Below are positions 1 to 13,100 of a stretch of 64,000 nucleotides of DNA, piece after piece. The DNA is from Felis catus (Eukaryota), in NCBI RefSeq assembly GCF_018350175.1, contig NC_058368.1, forward strand, positions 157,358,001-157,422,000, written 5' to 3'. The stretch's first letter is position 1. Each line of letters begins with the position of its first letter. The notes beneath the pieces are model-generated. The model worked only from the letters and a program-made list of their open reading frames with translations. It had not been told where the DNA came from and did no database searches. Position numbers and translations under genes: made by a program.

Positions 1-178
1 GACAGTGATTGGTATACCTCTAGAAATCTAATTGGAAGTGCTGACATCATTGTGATCAAATACAACGTAAATGACAAGTTTTCATTCCACGAAGTAAAGG
101 ATAATTATATTCCAGTGATTAAAAGGGCATTAAATTCAGTTCCAGTAATCATTGCTGCTGTTGGCACCAGACAAAATG
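1..178 (+). CDS. RHOBTB3: RHOBTB3 coding exon 3 (5'-truncated by window); Rho-like domain
   Basis: Frame 1 reads DSDWYTSRNLIGSADIIVIKYNVNDKFSFHEVKDNYIPVIKRALNSVPVIIAAVGTRQN, recognisable RhoBTB3 sequence; donor G|GTAAGT at 179, phase 1. Confidence 0.96.
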
Positions 179-819
179 GTAAGTATTTAATTTTTTTTAT
201 GATGAGAATGCAGGTACCATGATAATTTTAAATAGTGCTAAGTTTATTCATGATTAATATGGGGCTTTTTTTGGGAATAAAATCACTGCATTCAAATACC
301 AGCCGTTAATCTCTTCATCACATGGTATGATAGTGAGACATCAAAGTAAAGTGTCACGGACTACTGCTATGATTCTGATGGGTACAGATTTGTCTTCTAA
401 ATTGTTCTACAGTAGTGAAGGAAGTCAGTACTTGTGTTCTTTTGATATGGGAAAGGTATGAGGCTGGTGCTGAGCCCCGGAAGATTCTTTCTGACATTCT
501 GAAGGTCTATCCAGTGGGAAGGATAGATTGTCCGCAGAAGAAATTGGGCTTAGGTGCAGGCGTTTTCAGGTAGCTAGTAAGGAGCAAACTGAATACACTG
601 GCAACACCGCCTGAGGGAGAGGAAGCGTTGACTCCAAGGCTGCTGGATTCTTTTGGTTCAGCCAGTGCCAGCATTCGCTGCTATGTATATCATTGTCAGA
701 TCTCCTAGGGCCAACTTGGAATTCACTTTGATTTGGTGGTATTTTGATAGTTCCATCTTAGTGGTATTTCCTCAGTGAGGCTGGCTTTAAAATTTTATTC
801 ATTGATTATTTTTCCTTTT

Positions 820-1310
820 CATTAAGGTAGAGCAAAGTAAGGGATGTAAAGTTCCCTAATCCCAGAGTGCAACTTAATGCCTTCCTACATGTACATGTAT
901 CTATGCAGCCACCTCACAGGTCAAGATTGAGAACATTTGCCTCACTTTGGAGGGCTCTCTTATGCCTCCTCCTAGTTAATAGCACCCCTCCCTGGAGATA
1001 ACTGCTATTCTGACTTCTAACAGTATAGATTAGTTCTACTTATTCTAGAACTTCATACAAAAGGAATTATTCCGTATGTAGTACCTTGTGTCTAATTTCA
1101 GTTAGCTTAATATTCTGGGCATATATCCATGTTGCACTTAACTTTATTTTGTTATTTTGGTGTATATTTTCAGTTGTGTGAATGTGCTGTGATTTATTTA
1201 CTCACTCTCCTTTTAATGATGCTTAAGTTTCCTAGGAGTAGGATTTGGGGTCATAGTGGTAGGGTGGGTGTATGTTTAGCATTAGAAGACACAAAGTAGG
1301 CTTGACCCTT
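820..1310 (-). mobile_element. Ancient L1 (L1ME-like) 3' fragment
   Basis: Contains ...aactgctattctgacttctaacagtatagattagtt...agaacttcat, resembling an antisense L1ME 3' end; degraded. Confidence 0.55.
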
Positions 1311-1339
1311 CCTTGACCGCACATCCCCTCTACTTCCCT

Positions 1340-2100
1340 AAGTTTCTTTTTATTGCAGCCCTCAATTCTTGAAAGAGTCATCCACACTTCCTGAGTCCAC
1401 TTCCTGACTTCCCATTTATTCTTCTGTCCACTACAGTCTGACTTTGACTTTCGCAATTATACTGCGTTTGTTCTCACCCATGGTTACCAGTTAAATGCTT
1501 ATTGACAAATTTGACATCCATTTACATTTACCCTTTAATTTGATTTATATTTTAATAACAATTCATCCTTTGAAGTTATTCAAACACATCTCTCCCTTCA
1601 ATTAAAAAAGCTATTCTTTGTTTCTTGGTTGTTTTAATTCTCTGTCTTCTTACTGGTCAACACCACCCCCCACCCCCGTACACATATTGAACCAACACAG
1701 CACTAGTTGTTTCCCAGGGTTTCATCCTTTGGCTTCACTTCTTGCTGTTTACTCTGACCTTGAATTTGTTAATCTGTTGCTTTACCTTTCCCTGTATAGA
1801 CACTGATGAATACCCAGTCTGTTTCTCTGGCTCTAGTTTCTCTCCTGGCCAGTATCTCCACAGAATCTTCCTCTTTCTGCTGAGTTCGCTGCCTTGGTGA
1901 ATGATGTCAAACCCATTCATTCACCCAAACTAGAATCATCCAACCCAGCTTTCCTCCCATTTCCCATATCCAGTTGACTAAGAAGCCCTTTTGGTTTTAC
2001 ATTTCAAATAAACCTCAAACTCCACGCGTTCTCTTTTTCTTCATTGGATTTCAGATCTTAGTCATGTAATTATCTGTCATAGTGGCCTTCTTTTTGGTCT
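1340..2100 (+). mobile_element. L2 LINE fragment (continues in pieces to a 3' end at ~5640-5985)
   Basis: Pyrimidine-rich L2 RT-like relic; L2-type tail ...ggtaggtgttcagtaaacatttgttcaattagtgaatgagt near 5942-5982. Confidence 0.5.
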
Positions 2101-2889
2101 CAAGGGGTAGTTCCTGATTTTGTAGGACCTGAAACTTAAATAATTTCAGAGATCCTTGTTGGGAAAAAAACTACAACATTACAGATACACACACGCACAC
2201 TCATGAATATTTAGAATGAGAAAAGGAAGCATGGTGAGTTGCAAATCTAAAAAGCTGTCAAATACCACAGACATTTAAAAAACATTTCTACTATTTAACA
2301 GCTTGACATTTCTTTAATTTTCCTTATGTTTTTTGGCTGTGCAGTCTTTGATCACTTTTTCCTAAGGTAACTGCTTTTGTTATTTTCTATGTAGAGAAGA
2401 ATATGAGAGTTTTTCTTCCAGCGTATTTCTTTGCTCTTCACATCTTTTTGGTGCTGGGCATTATAGTTTGTGTTGTGTTCCTCTTTCAGCTTGGCATCTT
2501 TGTCTTCAAGACACCAAAAAAGTCTGCACATTGGGTGACAGAAGCATTCCGGAAGGCTATTCGTGTACCAAGACAGTTCTCAAACATTTAACTGTACAAG
2601 GAAGTGACTACAAACCACAGATAATATCCCACTAAACCTAAATTTCAAGTCCCATTAGCAGGATCCCCAAAATGCCTGTCATTACTTCAGAGCTGCCTGA
2701 CGGAAGGTGAAGGGAGTTGGAATGGAAAAGAGACAGTGGTCTTAACCAAGCATAGTTAGAATATCTTATTTTGCAAATTTTACAAAAGCAAATGATGATG
2801 TTAACCATCTATTGCTTAGGTTTCTCCCAGGGCTTTGGAAGGGACCCACAAGATAAGGGTTCATCGGCTTTATGATAAATTGGCCTCTG
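2101..2889 (-). mobile_element. hAT-Tip100 DNA transposon (MER69/Arthur1-like)
   Basis: Reverse complement of the right end reads cagaggccaatttatcataaagccgatgaa...cccttccaaagccctgggag...gtaaaatttgcaaaataagatatt, similar to the MER69/Arthur terminus as I recall it. Confidence 0.6.
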
Positions 2890-3009
2890 GTCGTCCTGTT
2901 CTTGCCTTGCTTCTTCCTGAAATAAATCCTCTCAGAATAATCATCCTAGAATACAAGTCAGATCATGATAGTCATTGCTTTAATGTTCCTTAGAAACTCT
3001 CTTCTTTTT

Positions 3010-3990
3010 TCCTTTTATTTGCAAAATTTCAATCCTAAGAAAATTGACCAGAATAGAACAGTGAATCCCAGAGATTACAAATACACACATGCACGCATAT
3101 CCTCTCTCTTTCTTTTTCATTTGGGAGTAAATTATAAAATTATGGGATTTCTTCAATCCTAATTAATTCAGCATGTGTTATGTAAGACAGTGCCATTCTT
3201 CTATCAACCATAATGCAACCATCATTCAAGAAATATGACATACTATTATCTATTGTATTATTATTTTAAATACAATCCATATTCACATTTTCCCAGTTGT
3301 TCCAAAGCTGTTTTTTTTTTTTTTAATCCAGAATGTCATTAAGGACTACTCATTGCATTTAATTGTTATGTCTGTCTAGTCTTTTTAAATCCAGAACAGT
3401 TCCCTATACTTTTTTTTTTATCTTTCATAACATTGACATTTTTAAAGAATCTGAGCCCATTATTTTGCATAATTCCTTCAGTTGTGATCATTGTGATTGC
3501 AAAATAGTGATTTTCTGTCATTCCTCCTACACTTATTAGTTGGTATTCTTCTCTAAATAGAGCTTTCCCTTCTCTCTGCTCCCACATTTTTTAGAATCAT
3601 TATGATTCATGGCTTTGTTTTTTAAATTACATATTTTATAATCTTTTCTTCGTATTCTTTCTGTTGTTTGTATTACCCCAAATTTGCATGAAGGAAGGCT
3701 TTTCAAGCTAGTTCTGATTAATGTTTGAGTCCTTCCTTATTTTCTGACATAAGATGTTCTAGGCTCACCTTATTCTGCCTGCTCCAGCCCTGGAAATCAG
3801 TCATTTCTTCAGGGAGCCCGGGTTCCATTTGGTGAGCAATGATATTTAGAAACCAAGATCTGGACTTTAGGGGTGCTCATAACTTTAAGTGTCATTGCTT
3901 CAAGACCCTTTCATTGGATAGAACCATGTATTTCTTTTAATCATGGGTTCCTACTGATTCCATTATTTTCATCCAGTATTTGTATCTCAC
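3010..3990 (-). mobile_element. Ancient L1 (L1MC4/5-like) 3' fragment
   Basis: Diagnostic ...ccctggaaatcagtcatttcttcagggagccc...tatttagaaaccaagatctgg. Confidence 0.55.
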
Positions 3991-4633
3991 TTCAATAATT
4001 TTCTCTTGTAAAGTCTTATCTAAAATGCAAGATCCTTCATGATATAGCTCCTGACTGCTTCTTCAGCCTTGTAGAGTATAATCTTTTGTGTCTTAGGTAC
4101 CTGTTGCACAGAACTACTTGATGAACTTAAGGTCTTTCTTTAGATCTGGGAAAGTCTCAACTTCATGATTTCTTCAGATATCACCTTCCCTACATTTTCT
4201 TTACTCTGTCCTTTTTGTTCTCTTATTAGACTGATGATGAGACTTCTGGATCTCTCCTCTGTTACTTTTATCTTTCTTTTGTATTTCCTAACCCTTTATT
4301 TCTGTGTTGTATTATGGGAGAATTCTTTGGTCTTTTTTCCTAGCTCACAAATTACTTCTACTGGGTCTCTCCTGCTCTTTTACATTATTACTTTTTTTTA
4401 TTTTATTTCAACAGTTTCTCACATCCAAGATCTCTAATTGGTTGATTTCTTTTTCACGTGTTAAGAATGTAAATACTTTAAGAAGAAAACCTCTCTCAAT
4501 TAATTATATTTACTTTAAGATTTTGTTTTGATTGCTCTATCAAGTCTTGTTTTGAGGGGGGGCATTCTAAGTCCTTTCATCTGATGAGATTTTATTTCAT
4601 GGTGTGGATGCTTTTTAAACTTTGGATAGTTTT

Positions 4634-4855
4634 GGGGCACCTGGGTGGCGCAGTCGGTTAAGCGTCCGACTTCAGCCAGGTCACGATCTCGCGGTCTGTG
4701 AGTTCGAGCCCCGCGTCGCGGGCTCTGGGCTGATGGCTCAGAGCCTGGAGCCTGTTTCCGATTCTGTGTCTCCCTCTCTCTCTGCCCCTCCCCCGTTCAT
4801 GCTCTGTCTCTCTCTGTCCCAAAAATAAATAAACGTTGAAAAAAAAATTTTTTTT
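4634..4855 (+). mobile_element. Young felid CAN-SINE (SINEC_Fc-type)
   Basis: tRNA-like head ggggcacctgggtggcgcagtcggttaagcgtccgac, (CT)n body, A tail; TSD aaactttggatagtttt at 4617-4633 and 4856-4872. Confidence 0.95.
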
Positions 4856-4872
4856 AAACTTTGGATAGTTTT

Positions 4873-5091
4873 TTTTTTTTTAAGTTTGTTTATTGACTTT
4901 GAGAGTGGGCTGATATGTGTGTGCACACACGTGAGCAGGAGAGGGGCAGAGGGAGAGGGAGAGAGAATCACAAGCAGTCTCCATACTCAGCATGGAGTCC
5001 GACTTGGGGCTTGATCCCATGACCCTGGGATGATGGCCTGAGCCAAAATCAAGAGTTGGGTGCTCAACCACCTGAGCAACCCAAGCGCCCC
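4873..5091 (-). mobile_element. Older CAN-SINE, antisense
   Basis: T-tail, (GA)n, ends ctgagcaacccaagcgcccc; degenerate TSD tggatagtt/tggataatt. Confidence 0.9.
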
Positions 5092-7709
5092 TGGATAATT
5101 CTTAATTTGCCTCATTTTGCAGTTTAGATTCTCTGTTGGATTAACGCCTTTCTCCTCCTCTGTCCAGTTGCTCTCTGGGGTCAGGGTAGGAGTGAGAGCT
5201 CATATGAGATCTGCAAGCCTAGCTGCTTCCACTGAGGTCTCCAACTAATCTCCACTCAGTTGCCCTTGGGCCTCCTTGTTGTGCCCCCATCAGTGAGCAC
5301 TGAGTACTCTTAATGTTCTCCAGTGCAAGACTTCCCACCTGTCCCCTGAGCCTCAGCTTCCCTCTTTGGTCGTATGCTATCTGCCTTGAGCCTTTCAGGT
5401 GCTCCCAGTTTCTGGGCTGATGAGATTCTCTCCTCTTAATTTTTGAGTGTGGCTGTATATGCACATCTCCCTTCATCCTTCCCCAACCCCTCCCTTTGTT
5501 CCTTCCTTCCTTTCTCGCTCCCTCCCCCTCTCCTCTCCCTCCCCTTTATTTAATCATTTCTGTGATTTCTCCGGGAGAGGAGATTGCAATGTGAGCTTAG
5601 CTTTCCATTTGAAACTGGAAGCTAACATGTTGTGTTTTTTCCTCACATCCAGACCTTGCATATGCTCCCCACCCCTGACTGGAGTGCCCTTCTGCACAAT
5701 TCCTGTTATCTGTATGGCAAATTCATCCTTGTCTAGTAAACCAGTGCCTCCTTTGTGAAGCCTTCCACAATCCCTCAGGCAGAGTTAATTTCCTCTCTTA
5801 TGTTCCCATGGTGCTTTTGTACACCTTTATTTTAGTATTTACTATATTTATTATATTATAATTCTGTGCAGTCCTGTCTCTGTTGGCCCAGTTGACTCTG
5901 AGCTTTTGTCTGTGTATCTTTATATTTCTTGTTTGATATATGGTAGGTGTTCAGTAAACATTTGTTCAATTAGTGAATGAGTGGTCTTAAGATGAAATTA
6001 ATTTCATATAGACATGTGATTGCAAAGTAATTAATTACCAAGCTAAATCTGATATTCAACCCAAGGACTTGTATTGCTTCCCTCCCCGAGTCCCTTGCGA
6101 TACATGTAGCTGTGTTGGGTGTTCTGGTAATTCCTCACTTGAGTTCTTTTTAGAAATAGTTCAGCAAAAACAATCAGTCTTACTATTTTCCTTTGTTACA
6201 CATGTTTTGACAAGCTTGACTACCTATGTATGTCTTCATCACATTTGGATTTGAAAAAATTTTTGGCTTTTTACTAAATATTGAATCTATCTCTGAAAGA
6301 GAATTTTTTTTTCTGAACATGCCTCAGGGTATTCATAGCCTTGAGCTCCCCCAAATGGGCGTCCTGTCTTCTTTTCATTTTGAAGTTCTGATAGAGCTGT
6401 GTACATCACTAAGCTAGAGTTCTTAAAAGTTCTTTCTAAAGCTTTCAGGCACTGGCAACATTGTAAGAATCACCCTTCAGATTCTGAAAGCTGCTGCTTT
6501 GAAAGAGACGCAGTTCATTTGAATTCCAGAGTTACTTTGTGTTTGCTTTAAAAAATAGACATTTCTGATAACACCTTAAAAGATTATCATGTAAGAGAAG
6601 TAAAGAAGACTACAGTGTTAATGAGAAGTCTAACACTGATTCACAGAGTCCCTGTGACCCTGAGGTAGGCTCACAGAGTGATCTGAAGAAAACACCACAA
6701 TTTAAAATTATTTGGGTCCTCTGATTGTTCCTAATGAAATGCTTAATATAGGTTTATTTATTCCATAAATGTTTTACTGGCTTTCCTGCTATATCCAACA
6801 CATAACAATGAGACATTTTTTTCCTTCTGGGTGCATATGAACAAAAAGAGGTGTTCTGTGACACCCGGAGATTGTGAAGATTAGATGTGAAGAGGGGTTT
6901 TCTAGGCATCTGTGTCAGTAAGGGTAATGGCTACACACAGCGGAAAACCTTTCTCAGCTGGGTTAAACCTGAAATTAGTTGTATTTTCCTTCAAATCAAG
7001 ATTACTTGTTAAAAATTTTTTACATTACATTCACTTAATTTTCCACTTGAGGCACTTGGCTTTATTTTTGTTCAGAAATACAGTTTAATAAGATGGTCTG
7101 CCTACTCACCCCATTCCATCAACATAAGGAGAGCTTTGTAGACATAAGAAGGCTTCTGTCTTCAGAAAATCAAAGGCACTGTTTATCAATCTTTGTAAAG
7201 AATGTGAAATACCATTGTGTTATTTTTCAAGATAGGCTAAATTCTGTATAAAAACTTTATGTGCTCCAGAACTAAAATGATCTTTTACTAAAAGTAAAAG
7301 CGAAAATTCAGAAATCATGGCTTAATTTTGAGAACCCACACTTAACTTTCAAATCACTGTATCTTTACTCAGTAATTCTTCACTCAGACTAAATTTTTAT
7401 CCTATCTTTTGTTTCACTTTACTTACCAGATAGAGCAAGTAACAGTTGTATCATTGTTTTCCATTTCTGACACACCAGGAGACTTGTCCAGGGCACTCAT
7501 CTTCCCTGACCCTCACTTTCCTCCTCTGCAGAAGGAGGATGTAAATTCCTGGTCTCTGAGCTCTAAAATGCTTTCAGTGAAGCTGAAATTATTACATAGT
7601 TAAGTACATAGCAGGCACATGCACTGAACCTCCTTAGAGTATACTCCATATGTATATATACATGCTCTATCTATATGCAGGTGCTTGGTAAGGACTTTGC
7701 TGTGTATGC

Positions 7710-8165
7710 TGTGGTAAGTTGCCCAAATGCCCTTTGAGGGCCACCATCCTTCCTCCCTCAGGTACTGAACTGCTGGCTACTGATTCACAGCTGAATCTCC
7801 TCCCAGGGACTGGGAATTACCTTGTGCTGGTAGAAGCTGCCTACCCAAGGTTCTGCCTCACCCATGGCAGCCCTCATCTAATTACTCATTATCTTATTTG
7901 ATACAGGGACACAAAGGCCCAGTTCTCTTTCCCCCAAATGAGGAACCATTCATTCTAAAGGGCCGTCTGAGCTCCAGACTTCCCAGTAGGATCTGCTGAG
8001 ATCTTTGTTGTAGCTATATTGCAGTTCAAATTTTTTCTCTGCCCAGCCCCATTTCCCTCACCCCTGAAACCATTTGCTCCCAAGAGCACTTCCCTCCCCA
8101 ATAAACGTCCTGCACACCAGTCTCCATCTCAGAGTCTGATTCTCTAGGGAAGCTAATCTATAACA
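7710..8165 (+). mobile_element. Solo LTR, ERVL LTR16-like
   Basis: TG...CA ends; 3' end cccaataaacgtcctgcacaccagtctccatctcagagtctg...ctataaca typical of LTR16. Confidence 0.65.
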
Positions 8166-8617
8166 AAATGCATTTCTAGAAATGGATTTATCCCCCTTTG
8201 ACTTGGCTGTCTTTTATACAATGACATATCTGATGTGTCATGAAACAAAACAAAGCAAGCTGATGAATTCACAGATGAACATACATTTTTAGCTTTACTA
8301 AGAAGTATTCTTATAGATGCTTGATCTACCAACTTCCTAGTCATAGTTCTATACATGGTACAACCATGACTCTTGGGATAGTTCACATTTTTAATAAAAA
8401 CGTTTTTATTCTTTTAGTTTATGACTTTTTAATCTTGAAGAGAAAGATAAGTGATTGAATTTGGTCTTTGTAGTTGAATACTTTAGAGTCTAATAATTAA
8501 GATGTTTGGATTAATAAGAATGTACTTTATGTGAAATCTCCAAAGAGAGTGGCAGTTTTGTAGCCTTGAAGATTCAGATCTAGTCAACTTGGTGAATATA
8601 TTTCAAGTTTATCACCA

Positions 8618-8666
8618 AAAAAAAAAAAAAAAAAAAAAAGAAAGAAAGAAAGAAAGAAAGAAAAGA
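8618..8666 (+). repeat. Poly(A)-(AAAG)n simple repeat
   Basis: A-run followed by GAAA repeats. Confidence 0.9.
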
Positions 8667-9057
8667 ACAAAGACCCAACCCATGGCAATTAAATTGTTAA
8701 ATTTGTACTGATACTCAGGATGTCAGGATTGTATAAAAGGAAACATGTCCTCCATTACTAGCTGATTGGCTTAATTACTATAATAGCCTTGGTAATGTAT
8801 ATTCACTTATTTTTAAATTCTTTTCTAAAATATGGTTTCTTCTTCTTTCACTTAAAGCTTGTTTACTTTGGGGAGCTTTATATTAACATTGATGCTTTTT
8901 ATTCAGAATCTAGTGGATAGATGGTGGGTGTACTAACTGTCCCTGAACTGTGGTTCTCGTATGAGCTCTTACTTTGTTGTTTAATGTTTAGATTGTCTAT
9001 GTATATTTTTTCCTATTTAATTTCAAAGCTCTTTGTTACTTGTATTTATGTTCTCAG

Positions 9058-9212
9058 AAGAATTACCGTGTACATGCCCACTGTGTACCTCAGACAGAGG
9101 GAGCTGTGTCAGTACAACCGAAGGGATTCAACTTGCTAAAGAACTAGGAGCCACCTATCTTGAACTACACAGCCTTGATGACTTCTACATAGGAAAGTAT
9201 TTTGGAGGAGTG
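9058..9212 (+). CDS. RHOBTB3: RHOBTB3 exon 4
   Basis: Acceptor ttctcag|; (E)ELPCTCPLCTSDRGSCVSTTEGIQLAKELGATYLELHSLDDFYIGKYFGGV; donor GTAAGT at 9213; 155 nt, phase 1 to 0. Confidence 0.96.
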
Positions 9213-10851
9213 GTAAGTGGTAATCCCTGTTATGTAAATTAAGGTCCTTTGTCAGGTTGGCTGGGAAGGTATTTTCTAGAACCTCAGAACTTTAGTTTTA
9301 AAAACATGATTGGTTTTAACTTTGAGAGTTAAAATGAGAGTAGAAGAAAGGTTTTGTCAGAGTCAAATTACAATTTTATTTTTCTCTCCAAATTAAACAT
9401 TTTCTATCATCTAATAAAATATTTTGGAATTTTCCACTTGGTGACACTTTATTGGTTTTTGTTGTATATATCAAAAGCATGTTTACTCACACAAGCCTGT
9501 TACGTCAATTTTATTAGTAATCTTCACACAGTTCAGTGAGCCTCATAACCTGATAATTGGGCTCTGAAAGGTTTTTATTTCTATCTACTATTTGAAAAGA
9601 ATGATTTTTCTTCCTCTGTGTGTGTGCTTCGGCAATATTTCATATACTCCTAAGTGATGCAGCTCAAAAATATCCATAGAAACTACTTCTACAAATAGCT
9701 TGTTGTTGGATATGTGAGAAGTTGGGATTTGTTTGCTCTGTTGCAATGGCATTTGTTGGGTCTTGCAGGCATTTGGAGACCCTTCTTAGCCCACAGAATC
9801 TACCCTACAATATTAGGACTGCATGGTGCTTGGAGAATACTGTGGAGTCATGCCATTTAAAACTGCCTTTGAAACTATCGTTTCAACTCCCCAACAGGTG
9901 ACTCCTTTCAGCAGACAAATTTGGTAAACACGGATAAGAGGTTTAAACCAGTGTAAACCCTTCATTGAGCAGAAGCACTTTAGACTTCTCTGTTAGTTCC
10001 CCAGCTCTTCATCAAGTACTCTTTCCAGTATGCCGGATTATTCATTATGTAGATTTGTGTCCAAATGTTGAGGTCTCCACAGATGACTGTAGAAATTTCA
10101 TTTGTTGTGAAGTTACTAAACTCCAAATAACAACCAATGTTAAACTTGGAACCAAATATAAATGGTCCTCATTTCTATCACGTGTAAGTGGCTATTTTTA
10201 ACTCAGTAATGTAGAGAAACAATAATATAGCTGCATTAAGAAAGATATACTCATAATATTGATATTATCAATGACTGTGAGAAACTTTTTAAATTTATTT
10301 ACAGTGACAAAAAGTAGAAAGGGTTAGAAAGATAGACAGGACTCAAATCTAATATTGTAGTGGATTAAAAACAGTCTTAGTCTAAGAATCTTGTATTTCC
10401 CTGAAATACCTAGGAAACTGGGGGAAAATGATAGTTTGGTTTCTTTTGTTGGAGAGGGGGGGCCTGGTTCTCTTGGGGTATGTAGGTCTCCTTGTGTTCT
10501 GCTCCACCTCCCGAACCTGAAATTCTCATGGTCACACTTCCCACCTGCCACCTCCCATGTTCTCTGCTCTCTTTCCCTTCCTCCTCCTTGTTTGTCTTTG
10601 TTCCTAACACCTAGTGTTGCAATTAGGGTTGGAGGCATGATAAGGATTGAAGATGTGGTCAAGGTTGGGAGAAAAGACATGACAGTTTCTTTTTTCCCTA
10701 AGACTTAGTGAGAATATGGAAATAAGATCAGAGTGACCCTTTCCAGATTCTTGAGTAGTGAAGTATAGCTGCGATCTTGAGTGTAAGGAATAGTGGCATT
10801 TGCAGGAATATAGATGGAGATGATAATGTCAGAGTGAAATCTTGTGTTTGA

Positions 10852-11113
10852 AAAAATACTTTCAAACAGAGAGGGAAGCAAACCATAAAAGACTCTTAAA
10901 TACAGAGAACAAACTGAGGGTTGATGGGGGGGGCAGGCAGGAGGGGTAAGTGGGTGATGGGCATTGAGGAGGGCACTTGTTGGGATGAGCACTGTGTGTT
11001 GTATGTAAGCGATGAATGATGGGAATCTACCTCCAAAACCAAGAGCACACTGTATACACTATATGTTAGCTAACTTGATAATAAATTATATTAAAAAAGA
11101 AAAAAAAAGAAAA
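10852..11113 (+). mobile_element. Severely 5'-truncated carnivore L1 (3'UTR + A tail)
   Basis: gagaacaaactgagggttgatggggg...aataaattatattaaaaaag; TSD-like tcttgtgtttga on both sides. Confidence 0.85.
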
Positions 11114-11287
11114 ACTCTTGTGTTTGAGAGTCGAGGATGAAAACCTGGGAAGAAGAGTACATGCCCTTGAGCTTTAGGAAGCCCCATCTGACCCTCCTCC
11201 AGTTGCACCCCATCCCTGCTCCCACATATGGCACAAGATGATGGAGCCAAGCGCATTTGCCCACCTGCAGCTAGTAGCCCCTTCTAG

Positions 11288-11492
11288 ACCTGCACCATCC
11301 AATATGGTAGCCACTAGCCACATGTGGCTATTTATATTTAAATTAATTAAAGAAAATTCAGTTCCTCGGGTGTACTGTCCACATTTCAGGTCCTCAGTAC
11401 CTACATGTGGCTAGTGGCTACTGTGTCGAATAGCACAGATATTACAGAGCATTTCCATCAACACAGAGCAGAAGGTTCTGTTATACAGTGTT
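11288..11492. mobile_element. MER3-like hAT-Charlie MITE
   Basis: ccaatatggtagccactagccacatgtggcta ... catgtggctagtggctac internal palindrome. Confidence 0.75.
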
Positions 11493-12489
11493 GTGACCAT
11501 GTTCCAAAACCGAGGACCCCAGAATTCTCTTAGCAGTGCACTCAGTCTGTTTCCAAGGCCTGTGCAGGCCTTTTTCCTGGGTCCGTCATCCTGAAGGTGG
11601 ACTGCATTGCTAGTGTGTATGTCCTTAGTTCTGACAGGTGGCCGAAGGGTGACTGCTTATGAGGAATGGGGGAGGGGAGGCAGACTTTGGGGGTGTAGTC
11701 ATGGATGTCTACTTGCATACATAAAGCTCCTCGAGGTGTGGGATGGAGCGGAGGGTGAGAAGAAAGAACAGCCTCCGGGCCCAGGAGTTACAGGACAGTT
11801 CCTTGTGCTACATGAAGCTCTGAGTCGTCTGAGAATTTAAATCTAAACTTGGCCTTCTCGGCTTTTATGATGATACCTCTGTCAAAGTAGGATAGAATAT
11901 TTTCTACGTAATAGTTCTTTATTTATGACGTTTAAATATTTGTGTATGTGGTACATGGATCTCTGTTTGTATTTTTGCCCCAAGTCTCACAGCGTCAAGG
12001 CATAGGCCTGGAGCTGTGCGTGTGTATGTGCTTAGGATTTGTAATTTCCCATATAAAGGATGTATTTCAAAGTAATTTATTCAAGAAAAGAATAGAACAT
12101 ATGAAAACATCCCTAGCTGATATGAGCATCTGTGACATAGAGCCAGATCTGCCCTGCTTTGAATGTCTCTACTATTAACTGCTGTGGTTGCCCATGAGAC
12201 AGTTATTGACAGTCCCACAGTTGTACTGCTGGGCTTTCTTGATTATTCAAGAGAATGAACAGTTCCTTCTTGAATGGATAGTTTATTTATGCTTAGACAA
12301 GGCACAGTCTGTTCTACTTGATACATTTTTTGTCTTTAAATGAAAAACTTGTTTACAAGTGTTTGCTAAAGTGTACTTGTAGATGGTACCAGCATTTGAA
12401 CATTTGGCAAGTGTGATTTGGGGTACAAATAATCATGTCAGATACATAATTTTGTTGACGCTTTACTTAAAATTTGGTTCATGTTTTAG

Positions 12490-12601
12490 TTGGAGTATTT
12501 TATGATTCAAGCCTTAAATCAGAAGACAAGTGAAAAAATGAAGAAAAGGAAAATGAGCAACTCGTTTCATGGAGTTAGACCACCTCAGCTTGAACAACCA
12601 G
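12490..12601 (+). CDS. RHOBTB3: RHOBTB3 exon 5
   Basis: Acceptor gttttag|; LEYFMIQALNQKTSEKMKKRKMSNSFHGVRPPQLEQP; donor GTGCAT; 112 nt, phase 0 to 1. Confidence 0.95.
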
Positions 12602-12669
12602 GTGCATTTACTAACCAATGTCTGCACATTCGATTGATATTTATTATCGATCACTTCACAAGTCTTAGA

Positions 12670-12817
12670 GCAACTGTTGCCAAATTTGAGTATGTTGATG
12701 ACTCACCTGGTATTCTTATTCAGTAAACCTGGGATGGGGCCTAGAATCTGCTTTTAAAATAAGTTTCCAGGTGATTCTGAAACAGGTGGCACTTGGACCA
12801 CATTTTGAAGAATAGTC
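12670..12817. mobile_element. MER5-like hAT-Charlie MITE
   Basis: gggatggggcctagaatctgctttt...ccaggtgattctga...ggaccacattttgaagaa. Confidence 0.65.
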
Positions 12818-12890
12818 TTTAACTTGAATCTGTAGATTCTTTAAAAAATAATGTATGTGGTGAAGAGCTGTTCTAGATTAAAATCTAAGA

Positions 12891-13100
12891 GGGGCACCTG
12901 GGTGGCTCAGTTGGTTAACTGTCTGACTTCAGCTCAGGTCATGATCTCTGAGTTTGTGGGTTCAAACCCCACATCGGGCTCTGCGCTGACATCTCAGAGC
13001 CTGGAGCCTGCTTCAGATTCCGTGTCTCTCTCTCTCTCTGTCCTTCCACCGCTTGTGCTCTATCAAAAGTAAATAAATAAACATTAAAATTTAAAAAAAA
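12891..13100 (+). mobile_element. CAN-SINE inserted in an old L1MC-like 3' fragment (~12840-13740)
   Basis: ggggcacctgggtggctcag head; TSD aaaatctaagag. Confidence 0.9.

Noticed and set aside
4622..4828. Recurrent ORFs of the 'GAPGWRSRLSVRLQPGHDL...SLEPVSDSVSPSLSAPPP' type (also 19202, 33151, 37097, 41193)
   Set aside because: Translations of CAN-SINE copies, not a protein family.
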